Shown: in pieces, positions 10,101 to 18,806 of the stretch
Layout: each line of letters starts with the position of its first letter
Numbering within the stretch: the stretch's first letter is position 1
Source of the DNA: Nitrospirota bacterium
Lineage (GTDB): Bacteria; Nitrospirota; UBA9217
Reading direction: 5' to 3'
DNA: 64,000 bases
Assembly (NCBI GenBank): GCA_963790205.1
Contig: CAWBNQ010000002.1
Coordinates: forward strand, 96,001 to 160,000
Notes under the pieces: model-generated
What the model saw: the letters and a program-made list of their open reading frames with translations, nothing else
What the model was told of the DNA's origin: nothing
Databases searched by the model: none
Made by a program: the position numbers and the translations under genes

Positions 10101-10589
10101 GTGCTCCAGAACGAAGAAATAAAGAACATCAATGCAGTCCTCGATAATGCTGAGGGCCAGCGCGGGGTCCTGATTGCCGTGCTCCAGCGGGTGCAGGAAA
10201 AGGTGGGCTACCTTCCCGAGGATGCCATGAAGATGATCGCCGAGCGGTTCTCGCTTTCACTGACCAACGTCTACGGCGTGGCTTCATTCTACAAACATTT
10301 CCATTTCAAGCCCCGGGGCAAGAATGTGGTCAAGGTCTGCATGGGCACTGCATGCCACGTGCGGGGCGGCAAGGCCGTTCTTACCGAGATGGAAAAACAG
10401 CTCGGGATCAAAGAGGGCGAGACCACGAAGGACCTCTCGGTCACGCTCGAGACCGTGGGCTGCGTCGGGTGCTGCGCCCTGGCCCCTGTTGCCACGGTGA
10501 ACGACCAGGACCTGTACGGAGAACTCACGCCGAAGATGGTGGATGATATCATTGCAGTGGTGAGGAGTGAACATGGAACTCACGTTTAA
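10101..10589 (+). CDS. NuoE/HydC-like [2Fe-2S] subunit
   Basis: VCMGTACH...VGCVGCC motif; GTG start after AGGAGG. Confidence 0.92.
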   Translation: MLQNEEIKNINAVLDNAEGQRGVLIAVLQRVQEKVGYLPEDAMKMIAERFSLSLTNVYGVASFYKHFHFKPRGKNVVKVCMGTACHVRGGKAVLTEMEKQLGIKEGETTKDLSVTLETVGCVGCCALAPVATVNDQDLYGELTPKMVDDIIAVVRSEHGTHV

Positions 10590-12471
10590 ACGGCTGAACA
10601 GCGCGGCCGAACTCGATGCACTCCGCGCCACGCTCAAGAAAGAGCGCAAGGAAAAAGATACTCACCGTGTCCGTGTCTGCTGCGGCACCGCGTGCCAGGC
10701 CTCGGGCTCGAACAAGCTGGTGAAGAAATTCGAGGAAGAGGCGGCGGCGAAGGGAGTAGACCTGGAGATCGTCAAGACGGGCTGCCAGGGCTTCTGCCAG
10801 CGCGGCCCGGTCATGATCCAGGAGCCCCAGGAGACCTTTTACCAAAAGGTAAAAATGTCCGACATCCCCGAACTGTTCTCCGGCTCGGTGCTGAACGGCG
10901 TTCCCTACCGCAAGCAGCTCTATCGCGAATTTGCGCTCTCCGAGCCGAACACGGCCATGCAGGACATCCCGTTCTATAAAAAGCAAAAGCGCGTGGCCCT
11001 GCACCGGAACGGGTTTGTCGATCCCTGCAATATCTACGACGCCATCCGCGAGGAAGGCTACGCGGGCCTGGCCAAGGTCCTCTCCGAAATTAAGCCCGAC
11101 GAGGTCATCGACATCGTCAAGAAGTCCGGTCTTCGCGGCCGCGGTGGCGCAGGCTTCCCGGCAGGCCTCAAGTGGGAGCATACCAAAAAGTCGGGAGCGA
11201 AAATCAAGGCAGTCGTGTGCAACGGCGACGAAGGAGACCCGGGCGCGTTCATGGACCGCGCGCTCATGGAGGGCGATCCCCATTCCGTGATCGAAGGCAT
11301 GATCATCAATGCCTATGCCATCGGCGCGCAGCACGGCTACATCTACGTGCGGCACGAGTATCCGCTTGCCGTGAAAAATCTGGGCGTTGCCATCAAGCAG
11401 GCCGAGGCGCTGGGGCTCCTCGGGAAGAACATCCTGGGCTCCGGTCTCGACTTCGACATGGAGATCAAGGAAGGCGCGGGCGCATTCGTGTGCGGTGAGT
11501 CCACAGCGCTCGTGGCCTCGATCGAGGGCCAGCGCGGCATGCCGCGGCCCCGTCCTCCGCGGCTCTCTGAGGCGGCAGGCGGTCTCTGGAACATGCCCAC
11601 AAATTTGAATAACGTCGAGACCTTCGCCAATGTCCCAACGATCATCACCAAGGGGCTCGATTACTACACCAAGATAGGGACCGAGAAATCGAAGGGCACG
11701 AAAGTGTTCGCCCTGACCGGCAAGATCAAGAACACGGGCCTCATCGAAGTTCCCATGGGCATTACCCTCCGGGAGATCATCTTTGACATCGGCGGAGGCA
11801 TGCTGAACCCGGACCGGAAGTTCAAGGCGGTCCAGACCGGCGGCCCCTCGGGCGGCTGCATTCCCGAACAATTCCTCGACATGCCCGCGGACTTCGACAC
11901 CCTGGCCAGCGTGGGCTCGATCATGGGCTCGGGCGGCATGGTGGTCCTGGACGAGGACGACTGCATGGTGGACGTGGCCAAGTTCTTTCTCTCCTTTACC
12001 AAGAGCGAGTCCTGCGGCAAGTGCCCGCCCTGCCGGGTCGGCACGTGGCAGATGTACGAGATCCTCGAAAAAATCACCTCGGGCAAAGGAGAAGAGGGCG
12101 ACATCGAGTTGCTCGAGAAGATGGGCAAGCTGGTCGTGGCCGGTTCACTCTGCGGTCTGGGGAACAGCGCTCCCAACCCGGTCCTTTCCACCATTAAATA
12201 TTTCCGCGAGGAATACGAAGAGCACGTCCGGGACAAGTACTGCCGGGCCAAACGCTGCCAGGGGCTGGGCGCCTTCCGCATCCGACCCGAGCACTGCATT
12301 CTCTGCGGCCTGTGCAAGCAGGCATGCGCATTCGACGCGGTTGTCGAGCTCCGGGATAAGTTCTTTATCGACCAGGATTACTGCACCAAATGCAAGGCCT
12401 GCTATTCGGTCTGTCCTACCCAGGCCGTCGTGATCGAAAAAGGAGGGGCCCATGTCGCAGCAGGAAAGTAA
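10573..12471 (+). CDS. NuoF/HydB-like FMN/NADH-binding FeS subunit (electron-bifurcating type)
   Basis: N-terminal CCGTAC/GCQGFC domain, GLRGRGGAGFP, DEGDPGAFMDR, GAFVCGE, GGPSGGC, ESCGKCPPCRVG and two C-terminal CxxCxxCxxxC motifs. Confidence 0.93.
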   Translation: MELTFKRLNSAAELDALRATLKKERKEKDTHRVRVCCGTACQASGSNKLVKKFEEEAAAKGVDLEIVKTGCQGFCQRGPVMIQEPQETFYQKVKMSDIPELFSGSVLNGVPYRKQLYREFALSEPNTAMQDIPFYKKQKRVALHRNGFVDPCNIYDAIREEGYAGLAKVLSEIKPDEVIDIVKKSGLRGRGGAGFPAGLKWEHTKKSGAKIKAVVCNGDEGDPGAFMDRALMEGDPHSVIEGMIINAYAIGAQHGYIYVRHEYPLAVKNLGVAIKQAEALGLLGKNILGSGLDFDMEIKEGAGAFVCGESTALVASIEGQRGMPRPRPPRLSEAAGGLWNMPTNLNNVETFANVPTIITKGLDYYTKIGTEKSKGTKVFALTGKIKNTGLIEVPMGITLREIIFDIGGGMLNPDRKFKAVQTGGPSGGCIPEQFLDMPADFDTLASVGSIMGSGGMVVLDEDDCMVDVAKFFLSFTKSESCGKCPPCRVGTWQMYEILEKITSGKGEEGDIELLEKMGKLVVAGSLCGLGNSAPNPVLSTIKYFREEYEEHVRDKYCRAKRCQGLGAFRIRPEHCILCGLCKQACAFDAVVELRDKFFIDQDYCTKCKACYSVCPTQAVVIEKGGAHVAAGK

Positions 12472-13117
12472 ATGCCCGGTCAACCAGACGAGGGTCCGGC
12501 TCCACGAGTTCTACTATTCCACCGACCCTAAGACCATGATGTGCTCAAAGTGCCATCCCTGCAAGCTCGGCATCTTCGACGCCATCAAGATCTTTGAGGC
12601 GATCCAGGCAGGGAAGGGCCGGGACAAAGACATCGTTCAGCTCAAACGGATTGCCGAGGACGTGAAGGACGGCGGCATGTGTAAAAAGGGCAAGGACCAT
12701 GCCGACATTCTTACCGCATTCCTTGCGGCCAATGCCGCGGACCTCGAACGCCATATTAAAGGGGTCTGCACCCACCGTGAATGTAAACAACTCGTCCGCT
12801 ACGAGATCGACCCGAAGCTTTGCACTATGTGCGACAAGTGTGCTGCGGTCTGTCCGTCCTTCGCTGTCGAGGGCCAGAAAATAGTTCCGGGCAAAACGGG
12901 GTTCACGCCCTACCGCATCCGGCAGCGGCGCTGTACTCATTGCGGGGAATGTATCAAGGTCTGTCCGGAGAAGGCTGTTATCATCGTAGAGCAGGACCGC
13001 GAAGCTCCGACTAAAGAGCCGGTGCGCACCCTCGTCTGCACCTGCGATGTGAGCAACAAGACGACCGGCCATGTTCCGGCCTGCTCGATTCATGACATGG
13101 CGGGAGCGGCGAAATAG
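12452..13117 (+). CDS. FeS protein resembling the NuoF C-terminal 4Fe-4S domain plus 2x[4Fe-4S] ferredoxin domain
   Basis: CSKCHPCKLG...MCKKG, HIKGVCTHREC, CTMCDKCAAVCP and CTHCGECIKVCP motifs; no FMN/NAD domain. Confidence 0.85.
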   Translation: MSQQESKCPVNQTRVRLHEFYYSTDPKTMMCSKCHPCKLGIFDAIKIFEAIQAGKGRDKDIVQLKRIAEDVKDGGMCKKGKDHADILTAFLAANAADLERHIKGVCTHRECKQLVRYEIDPKLCTMCDKCAAVCPSFAVEGQKIVPGKTGFTPYRIRQRRCTHCGECIKVCPEKAVIIVEQDREAPTKEPVRTLVCTCDVSNKTTGHVPACSIHDMAGAAK

Positions 13118-13206
13118 ATAAAAGATCGTGCAGCTTCAAACGCATGATGCTCGACTAACTGAACGACGTTCGAAATTTGCTTGATTAAGTTTTTTTGGAG
13201 GCTTTT

Positions 13207-15342
13207 ATGACGACCAAGATGGTGAATATGGAAATTAACGGAAAGGCCGTGTCGGTCCCGGAGGGGATGACCCTTGTTGACGCGGCCGCGACCGTGGGGG
13301 TACACATCCCGAACCTGTGCCATATCAAGGAGCTCAGGGGCGTGGGCGCCTGCCGCATGTGCATGGTGGAGATCGAGGGCATGAAGGCGCCGATGACAGC
13401 CTGCACCACCCGGACCAAGGAAGGCATGAAGGTCCAGACCAGCACCCCGAAGGTTGAGGAGATCAGAAAATTCGTGACCGACCTGGTGCTCTCCTTCCAT
13501 CCGCTCGACTGCATGACCTGCCCCAAGGCCGGCGCCTGCGACCTCCAGCGGTATGCGGCGGACCTCGGCATCCGCGAATCATCCTTTGGACGGAAAAGTT
13601 TCAATTATGAATTAAACGACAAGAGCCCTTTCATCACCATCGACAACAACTACTGCATCCTCTGTGGACGGTGCGTGCGGGTCTGCAAGGAACAGGGCAC
13701 GAACGTGCTCGATTTCATGGGCCGCGGCATCACGACCAAGGTCTCGACGGCGCTCGACAAGCCGCTCCATGAATCCGGCTGCACGTTCTGCGGCTCCTGC
13801 GTAGAGGCTTGCCCGGTGAACACGATCATGGAGCGGGACCGCTGGCAGCACGGCCGGGAGTGGGACCTCGAAAAGCATGAGTCAGTCTGCACTGCCTGCG
13901 GCTCGGGCTGCAGCGTCGTGGTGAGCAAGAAAGACGGCCGTATCGTCAAGGTGAACACAAAGGAAGAAAACGGTTATATCTGCGCCATCGGCCGTTTCGG
14001 GTTCGATTCCCTGAATGCCGGGAACCGCATCACCACGCCGATGAAAAAACAGGGTGGCAAGCTCGTACCCGCTACCTGGGAAGAAGCCTCGAAGCTTGCG
14101 GCCGACGCGCTCAAGAAGGCGGGGGCCAATGCCGGGTTCATCGCCTCGGGCTCGCTCACGAACGAAGAGGCCATGGCAGTCCAGTCGCTTGCCCGCGACG
14201 TCGTTGGAAGCGCGAATATCGACACTCCCGCGTCAGCCTATGCAGGCGGCGCCATTGCCGCGCTTCGCGCGGTCTACGGCGATGCCGGTCTCGCTATTGC
14301 ATCCCAGGCGGACCTCAAATCGGCTGATTGTGTCGTGGTGATCGGGGCGGACCCGACCCAGAAAGGCCAGTCGCTCCAGGAAATCGACGTCATGATCCGT
14401 AGACGCGCCCAGGCAGGGGCCAAGATCATTGTGGTCAATCCCGACAAGATCGGGCTCACGACCCATGCGAATGCCGTTCATCTGGAGCTCAAGCCCGGGA
14501 CCGATGCGGCGCTTCTTGCCGGCGTGATGTCGGCGGCCTTCGCTGAAGGTCTTACCGCGGGCCAGAAGGGGCTCGACGGATTAAAGAAATCGCTCATAAG
14601 CGCTGAGGAAGCGGCAAAGATCTCGGGCGTGGCCGCGGAGAAGATCGCGGAAGCAGCCAAGGCCTTTGCAGCGTCAAAGCAGCCGGTGGTCATTTTCGGC
14701 ACGGGAATATCCGCAAATGAAGATGCGTCGCTCCAGGCCCTGAACCTGGCGCTTCTGAAAAACGCCGGCGTCATGCCGCTCATGCTCGAGGCGAACGCGC
14801 TCGGCGTGACGCAGATGGGCTGTCTGTCCGACAAGAAAGGCAAGGGCTACAGCGAAATGAAGTCGGGCATGAAAGCGCTCTATATAGCCGGCAGCGTTCC
14901 GGATTTGGACTTCAAGGCTGACTTCCTCATCGTTCAGGCGAGCCATGCGAACGCTCTAACGGAGAAGGCCGACCTCGTGCTCCCGATGGCCGCTTTGTAT
15001 GAAAGGCACGGCGCGATCGTCAATACCTACGGCGCGCATAAGGCATTCGCCCGGGCGCAGCAGCCTGCGGGCGAGATCAAAGACGGCACGGAAATTACCG
15101 CTGAAATTTCAGCGGCGGTCAGCAAGACCAAGGCGTTCAAGGCCAAGGACATCGCTTCGCTGGTTAAGAAAGTTAAAATCGGCAAGCTCGGCGCGGGAGC
15201 ATTCAACCCGGTGAAAGCCGCGGCTGCGAAACCCTACGGCATCTCGGGCGCGGCGCTGCTTCTGGCCATGAACCGGGGCCTGCTCTCCGGATCGGCGGTG
15301 ATCAAGGTCATCGAGGTTCGTGAAACAGTGACCTCGCGATAG
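13207..15342 (+). CDS. NuoG/HydA-like FeS subunit with a molybdopterin-oxidoreductase-fold C-terminus, probably non-catalytic
   Basis: IPNLC..GACRMC, HPLDCMTCPKAGAC, CILCGRCVRVC, CTFCGSCVEACP and CTACGSGC...CAIG motifs; no Cys at the FDH Mo-ligand position (NIDTPAS). Confidence 0.88.
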   Translation: MTTKMVNMEINGKAVSVPEGMTLVDAAATVGVHIPNLCHIKELRGVGACRMCMVEIEGMKAPMTACTTRTKEGMKVQTSTPKVEEIRKFVTDLVLSFHPLDCMTCPKAGACDLQRYAADLGIRESSFGRKSFNYELNDKSPFITIDNNYCILCGRCVRVCKEQGTNVLDFMGRGITTKVSTALDKPLHESGCTFCGSCVEACPVNTIMERDRWQHGREWDLEKHESVCTACGSGCSVVVSKKDGRIVKVNTKEENGYICAIGRFGFDSLNAGNRITTPMKKQGGKLVPATWEEASKLAADALKKAGANAGFIASGSLTNEEAMAVQSLARDVVGSANIDTPASAYAGGAIAALRAVYGDAGLAIASQADLKSADCVVVIGADPTQKGQSLQEIDVMIRRRAQAGAKIIVVNPDKIGLTTHANAVHLELKPGTDAALLAGVMSAAFAEGLTAGQKGLDGLKKSLISAEEAAKISGVAAEKIAEAAKAFAASKQPVVIFGTGISANEDASLQALNLALLKNAGVMPLMLEANALGVTQMGCLSDKKGKGYSEMKSGMKALYIAGSVPDLDFKADFLIVQASHANALTEKADLVLPMAALYERHGAIVNTYGAHKAFARAQQPAGEIKDGTEITAEISAAVSKTKAFKAKDIASLVKKVKIGKLGAGAFNPVKAAAAKPYGISGAALLLAMNRGLLSGSAVIKVIEVRETVTSR

Positions 15343-15375
15343 GAAACAAGAAGCAGTTTTAGCGGCGCTTCCATT

Positions 15376-15413
15376 CCGGGGCAGCCGGAACCCTTGGTTC
15401 CGGCCCCGGTTTT
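15376..15413 (+). terminator. GC-rich hairpin with T-tail (possible intrinsic terminator or processing stem)
   Basis: CCGGGG-CA-GCCGGAACC-CTT-GGTTCCGGC-CCCGG-TTTT. Confidence 0.45.
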
Positions 15414-15524
15414 CGTACGATAAACCCAAAAACTTCTTGTAGTTTTTTTCGTGCACTTTCTGTATAATGCACGCTGCCAAGAAGGGGGAGCCTCTGCGCT
15501 CCGCGCGAAAGGAGTCTGTCACTT

Positions 15525-17511
15525 ATGAGAGAAGACCTTAAATCCGTTGATCCGGCCGCACAGGCATTGCTGAAAGCAGCCGGTGAGAAAAAAATATCCA
15601 CGGCCTTCGAACGTGCCGAGAAATTGAAGCCTTGTCCGATAGGACACCAGGGGGCCTGTTGCAAGATGTGCCACATGGGCCCCTGCCGTCTGGTAGGCAA
15701 GGAAGAAGAGGCCGAGGGCGTCTGCGGCGCAACGCTGCCGGTGGTGACAGCGCGGAACTTCGCGCGCATGGTGGCCGCCGGGACCGCGGCGCATTCAGAC
15801 CATGCCCGAGACCTTGCCAATACCCTGCTCGCTGTGGCGCGCGGCGAGGCGAAGGACTTCCAGATCAAGGATGTTCGCAAGCTGAACCGCGTGGCCGGAT
15901 ACCTCGGCATCAATATCGAGGGCAAGCCCGTGAACAAGGTGGCGGAAGAGGTCGCGCTCAAGTTCATCGAGCAGTTCGGACAGCAGAAGGGCGAGCTCGT
16001 GTATCTCTCCCGCGCGCCGAAAAAGCGGCAGGAGATCTGGCGCAAGCTCGGCATTGCGCCACGGGGGATCGACCGCGAAGTGGTGGAAATGCTGCATCGA
16101 ACGCCACATGGGCGTGGACCAGGAGCCGAACAACATCATGCTTGGCGCCATGCGCGCGTCGCTGGCCGACGGCTGGGGCGGCTCCATGATCGGCACGGAC
16201 ATCTCGGACATCCTGTTCGGCACTCCCGCGCCGGTAAAGACGAAAGCCGGCCTCGATATCTTCAAGGACGATTACGTGAACCTCGTGGTCCACGGCCATG
16301 AACCCTCATTTGCCGAGATGCTCGTCGTGGCGGTGGACGACCCTGAAATCACGGCATATGCCAAGACCAAGGGGGCCAAGGGAGTGAATCTCGTGGGCAT
16401 GTGCTGCACGGCCAACGAAATCCTCGTCCGGCACGGCATCCCCACGGCAGGAGGCTTCCTGCAGCAGGAGCTCGGCCTTATGACCGGCATGGTCGAGGCC
16501 ATGGTGGTGGACGTGCAGTGCATCATGCCGGCCATCTCACAGCTGTCGAAGAAGTTCCATACCAAGATCGTCACCACGACGCCCAAGGGGAAAATGACGG
16601 ACGCCGTTCACGTTGAATACGACGAGCACCGCGGCCTGGAGATCGCCAAGAACGTGGTCAGAATGGCGATCGACAATTTCCCGAACCGGAAAAAAGAGGA
16701 CGTAACGCACGCAAACGTGAAACCGGCCGATGTGATAGCAGGGTTCTCCGACGAGTACATCGAGTATATGCAGGGAGGGCGGTACCGGGGTTCATACCGG
16801 CCCCTGAACGACGCCATCATCGCCGGCCGCATCCGCGGGGTGGTGGGGCTTGCGGGCTGCAACAACCCGCGCATCAGCCAGGACAGCCTTCACAACTTCC
16901 TCACCCGGGAGTTCATCAAGAACGACATTCTTGTCGTCCAGACCGGCTGCTCGGCTCATGCCTCGGCCAAGGCCGGTTATATGACGCCTGAGAATGCCCT
17001 GGAGAACGCCGGTCCGGGCCTCCGCGAAGTGTGCGAAGCCATCGGCATTCCGCCGGTGCTTCACCTGGGCTCTTGTGTCGATAACTCGCGGATCCTGACC
17101 ATCGCGGCCCATATCGCCGAGGAAGGCGGGCTCGGCGACGATATTGGCGGGCTTCCGGCGGTGGGCATCGCTCCCGAATGGATGAGCGAGAAAGCCATCG
17201 CCATCGGAACGTACTTCGCGGCCTCGGGCGTGCCGATCATCTTCGGGGCCGGTTCTCCGGTCAGCGCCAGCAAGACGCTCAAGGACATCATGGAGAACAA
17301 ATGGTGGGACATGGTGACCGCGGGCTTCTATTTCGAGGAAGATCCCGGGAAGATCGTCGAGCTGACCCTGAAGCTCATCGACACGGCGCGGGAAAAACTG
17401 AAGATCCGCAAGTACGAATCAGGCAGGTTCGGAACCGAGCGCGTACTCATGGATATGGCCGCACGGCGGGCGGGTACGTTCGCTACGCCGCATGGAGCGG
17501 ATGTGTCGTAA
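15525..17511 (+). CDS. cooS: Anaerobic Ni,Fe carbon monoxide dehydrogenase catalytic subunit; one extra base at ~16104 (frameshift, possibly a sequencing error)
   Basis: CPIG..GACCKMCHMGPC and AAHSDH in ORF 15525-16301; HGHEP, MCCT, DVQC, GCNN, TGC, GSCVD and EKA in ORF 16054-17511. Removing one C in CGAACGCCACATG restores EMLHRTHMGVD. Confidence 0.93.
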
Positions 17512-17535
17512 TCCCGGTATAAGTTGATTTTAGCG

Positions 17536-17566
17536 AAGGAGAGGTCCTCGGGGCCTCTCCTTTTTT
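17536..17566 (+). terminator. Rho-independent terminator
   Basis: AAGGAGAGG...CCTCTCCTT stem followed by a T-run, directly after cooS. Confidence 0.85.
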
Positions 17567-17684
17567 GTTCCCGGCGCAGGGAAGTTCCTGATCAAGCATT
17601 CATCGACGAAAGCGATGGTGTATAATTCAGGGGAAGGGATGGTTTCCCTGCAAAAGCCTGAGGAGGAATTGGAGGGGCAAGCGC

Positions 17685-18299
17685 ATGTATAAGGGAGAAT
17701 GGGTGAACAGCATCAGCCATTTGATCGGCGCAAGCCTCGCGCTTGCCGGGCTGGCGGTCCTCGTGGTGCTTGCAAGCCTGAAGGGCGATCCCTGGAAGAT
17801 CGTCAGCTTCAGCATTTACGGCGTAACGCTGGTCGCGCTGTACCTTTTTTCCACGCTCTACCACAGTGTCCGGGGAGCCTCGAAGAAGGTATTCCAGAAA
17901 ATCGATCACAGCGCAATCTATCTGCTCATCGCCGGCTCCTACACCCCTTTTGCCCTCGTGACCCTGCGCGGCGCCTGGGGATGGTCCCTTTTCGGGGTCA
18001 TCTGGGGGCTCGCGCTCTTCGGCATTATTCAGGACACCCTCGCCCCGGGGAGACGGATACTCTCCGTCGTAATCTATCTCCTCATGGGCTGGCTTGCGCT
18101 TGTCGCTCTACGCCCGCTCGCACATGCGCTCCCCGGCGCGGGCATGGCCTGGCTGGTCGCCGGGGGAGTTTTCTACACCACCGGGGTCCTCTTTTACGCC
18201 CTGGACAAGAAAATGTCCTTTGGCCACGAGATCTTTCATCTCTTCGTGCTGGCCGGCAGCGTTTGTCATTACCTCACGATCCTGCTATACGTGGCCTGA
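17685..18299 (+). CDS. Hemolysin III / PAQR (TrhA-like) membrane protein
   Basis: E..NSISH, STLYH, DHSAIYLLIAGSYTPF and HEIFHLFV motifs. Confidence 0.93.
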   Translation: MYKGEWVNSISHLIGASLALAGLAVLVVLASLKGDPWKIVSFSIYGVTLVALYLFSTLYHSVRGASKKVFQKIDHSAIYLLIAGSYTPFALVTLRGAWGWSLFGVIWGLALFGIIQDTLAPGRRILSVVIYLLMGWLALVALRPLAHALPGAGMAWLVAGGVFYTTGVLFYALDKKMSFGHEIFHLFVLAGSVCHYLTILLYVA

Positions 18300-18370
18300 C
18301 GCGGCGCCCCCTCCCCGGCCAAGCCCTCTTCTCTTCAGTCGAAAAAAACCGCTTAAACAAAAAAAATATC

Positions 18371-18398
18371 TTGACATTTGATACTTTTTCAGTATTCT
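18371..18398 (+). promoter_or_regulatory. Putative sigma-70 promoter
   Basis: TTGACA-N16-TATTCT upstream of the small MerR-like gene. Confidence 0.5.
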
Positions 18399-18450
18399 AG
18401 TAACTATACTTACTATAACTATTAGCACTAGCCTATCCAGTGAGGGAGCA

Positions 18451-18651
18451 ATGGTTACCCGCAAAAATCCGAGAAAGTATAAAACAAAAGAGATTTGCGA
18501 CCGTTTCGACATATCGCGGGCGACGCTTTTTCGGTGGGAGAGCGAAGGGGTGCTCGTGGGGGTCGGACGCGACTGGCGCGGCTGGCGGATTTATGATGAG
18601 CACAATGTCATGGCAATCGAGAGGATCATTAAAAATAAGAACGCCCTTTAA
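18451..18651 (+). CDS. Small MerR-family HTH DNA-binding protein
   Basis: YKTKEICDRFDISRATLFRWESEG...RDWRGWRIY; GAGGGAG RBS. Confidence 0.85.
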   Translation: MVTRKNPRKYKTKEICDRFDISRATLFRWESEGVLVGVGRDWRGWRIYDEHNVMAIERIIKNKNAL

Positions 18652-18781
18652 CTTGCAATTCCCCGTAGCTTGCTACGGGGTCACCTTATAGAGGGAAGAG
18701 TTTGAGAAACCGCAGGTTGCTCAAAAGATAATCGTCTTCCTTTTTATAGATACCCCGCAGCTTGCTGCGGGGAGGTTCATT
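18652..18781. mobile_element. Short element bounded by two palindromes, resembling a non-autonomous IS200/IS605-type remnant
   Basis: CCCCGTAGCTTGCTACGGGG (18661-18680) and CCCCGCAGCTTGCTGCGGGG (18753-18772) enclose an internal stem-loop; no ORF. Confidence 0.5.
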
Positions 18782-18806
18782 GGCGCGATATTCTGCCGGA
18801 GTAAAA

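Noticed and set aside
13207..15342. Formate dehydrogenase alpha subunit or [FeFe]-hydrogenase call
   Set aside because: No Cys or Sec at the Mo-ligand position, no in-frame TGA and no H-cluster motifs.
10101..15342. Respiratory complex I (nuo) operon
   Set aside because: No membrane or quinone-module subunits (NuoA-D, H-N) nearby; the NuoF has HydB-type extra domains.
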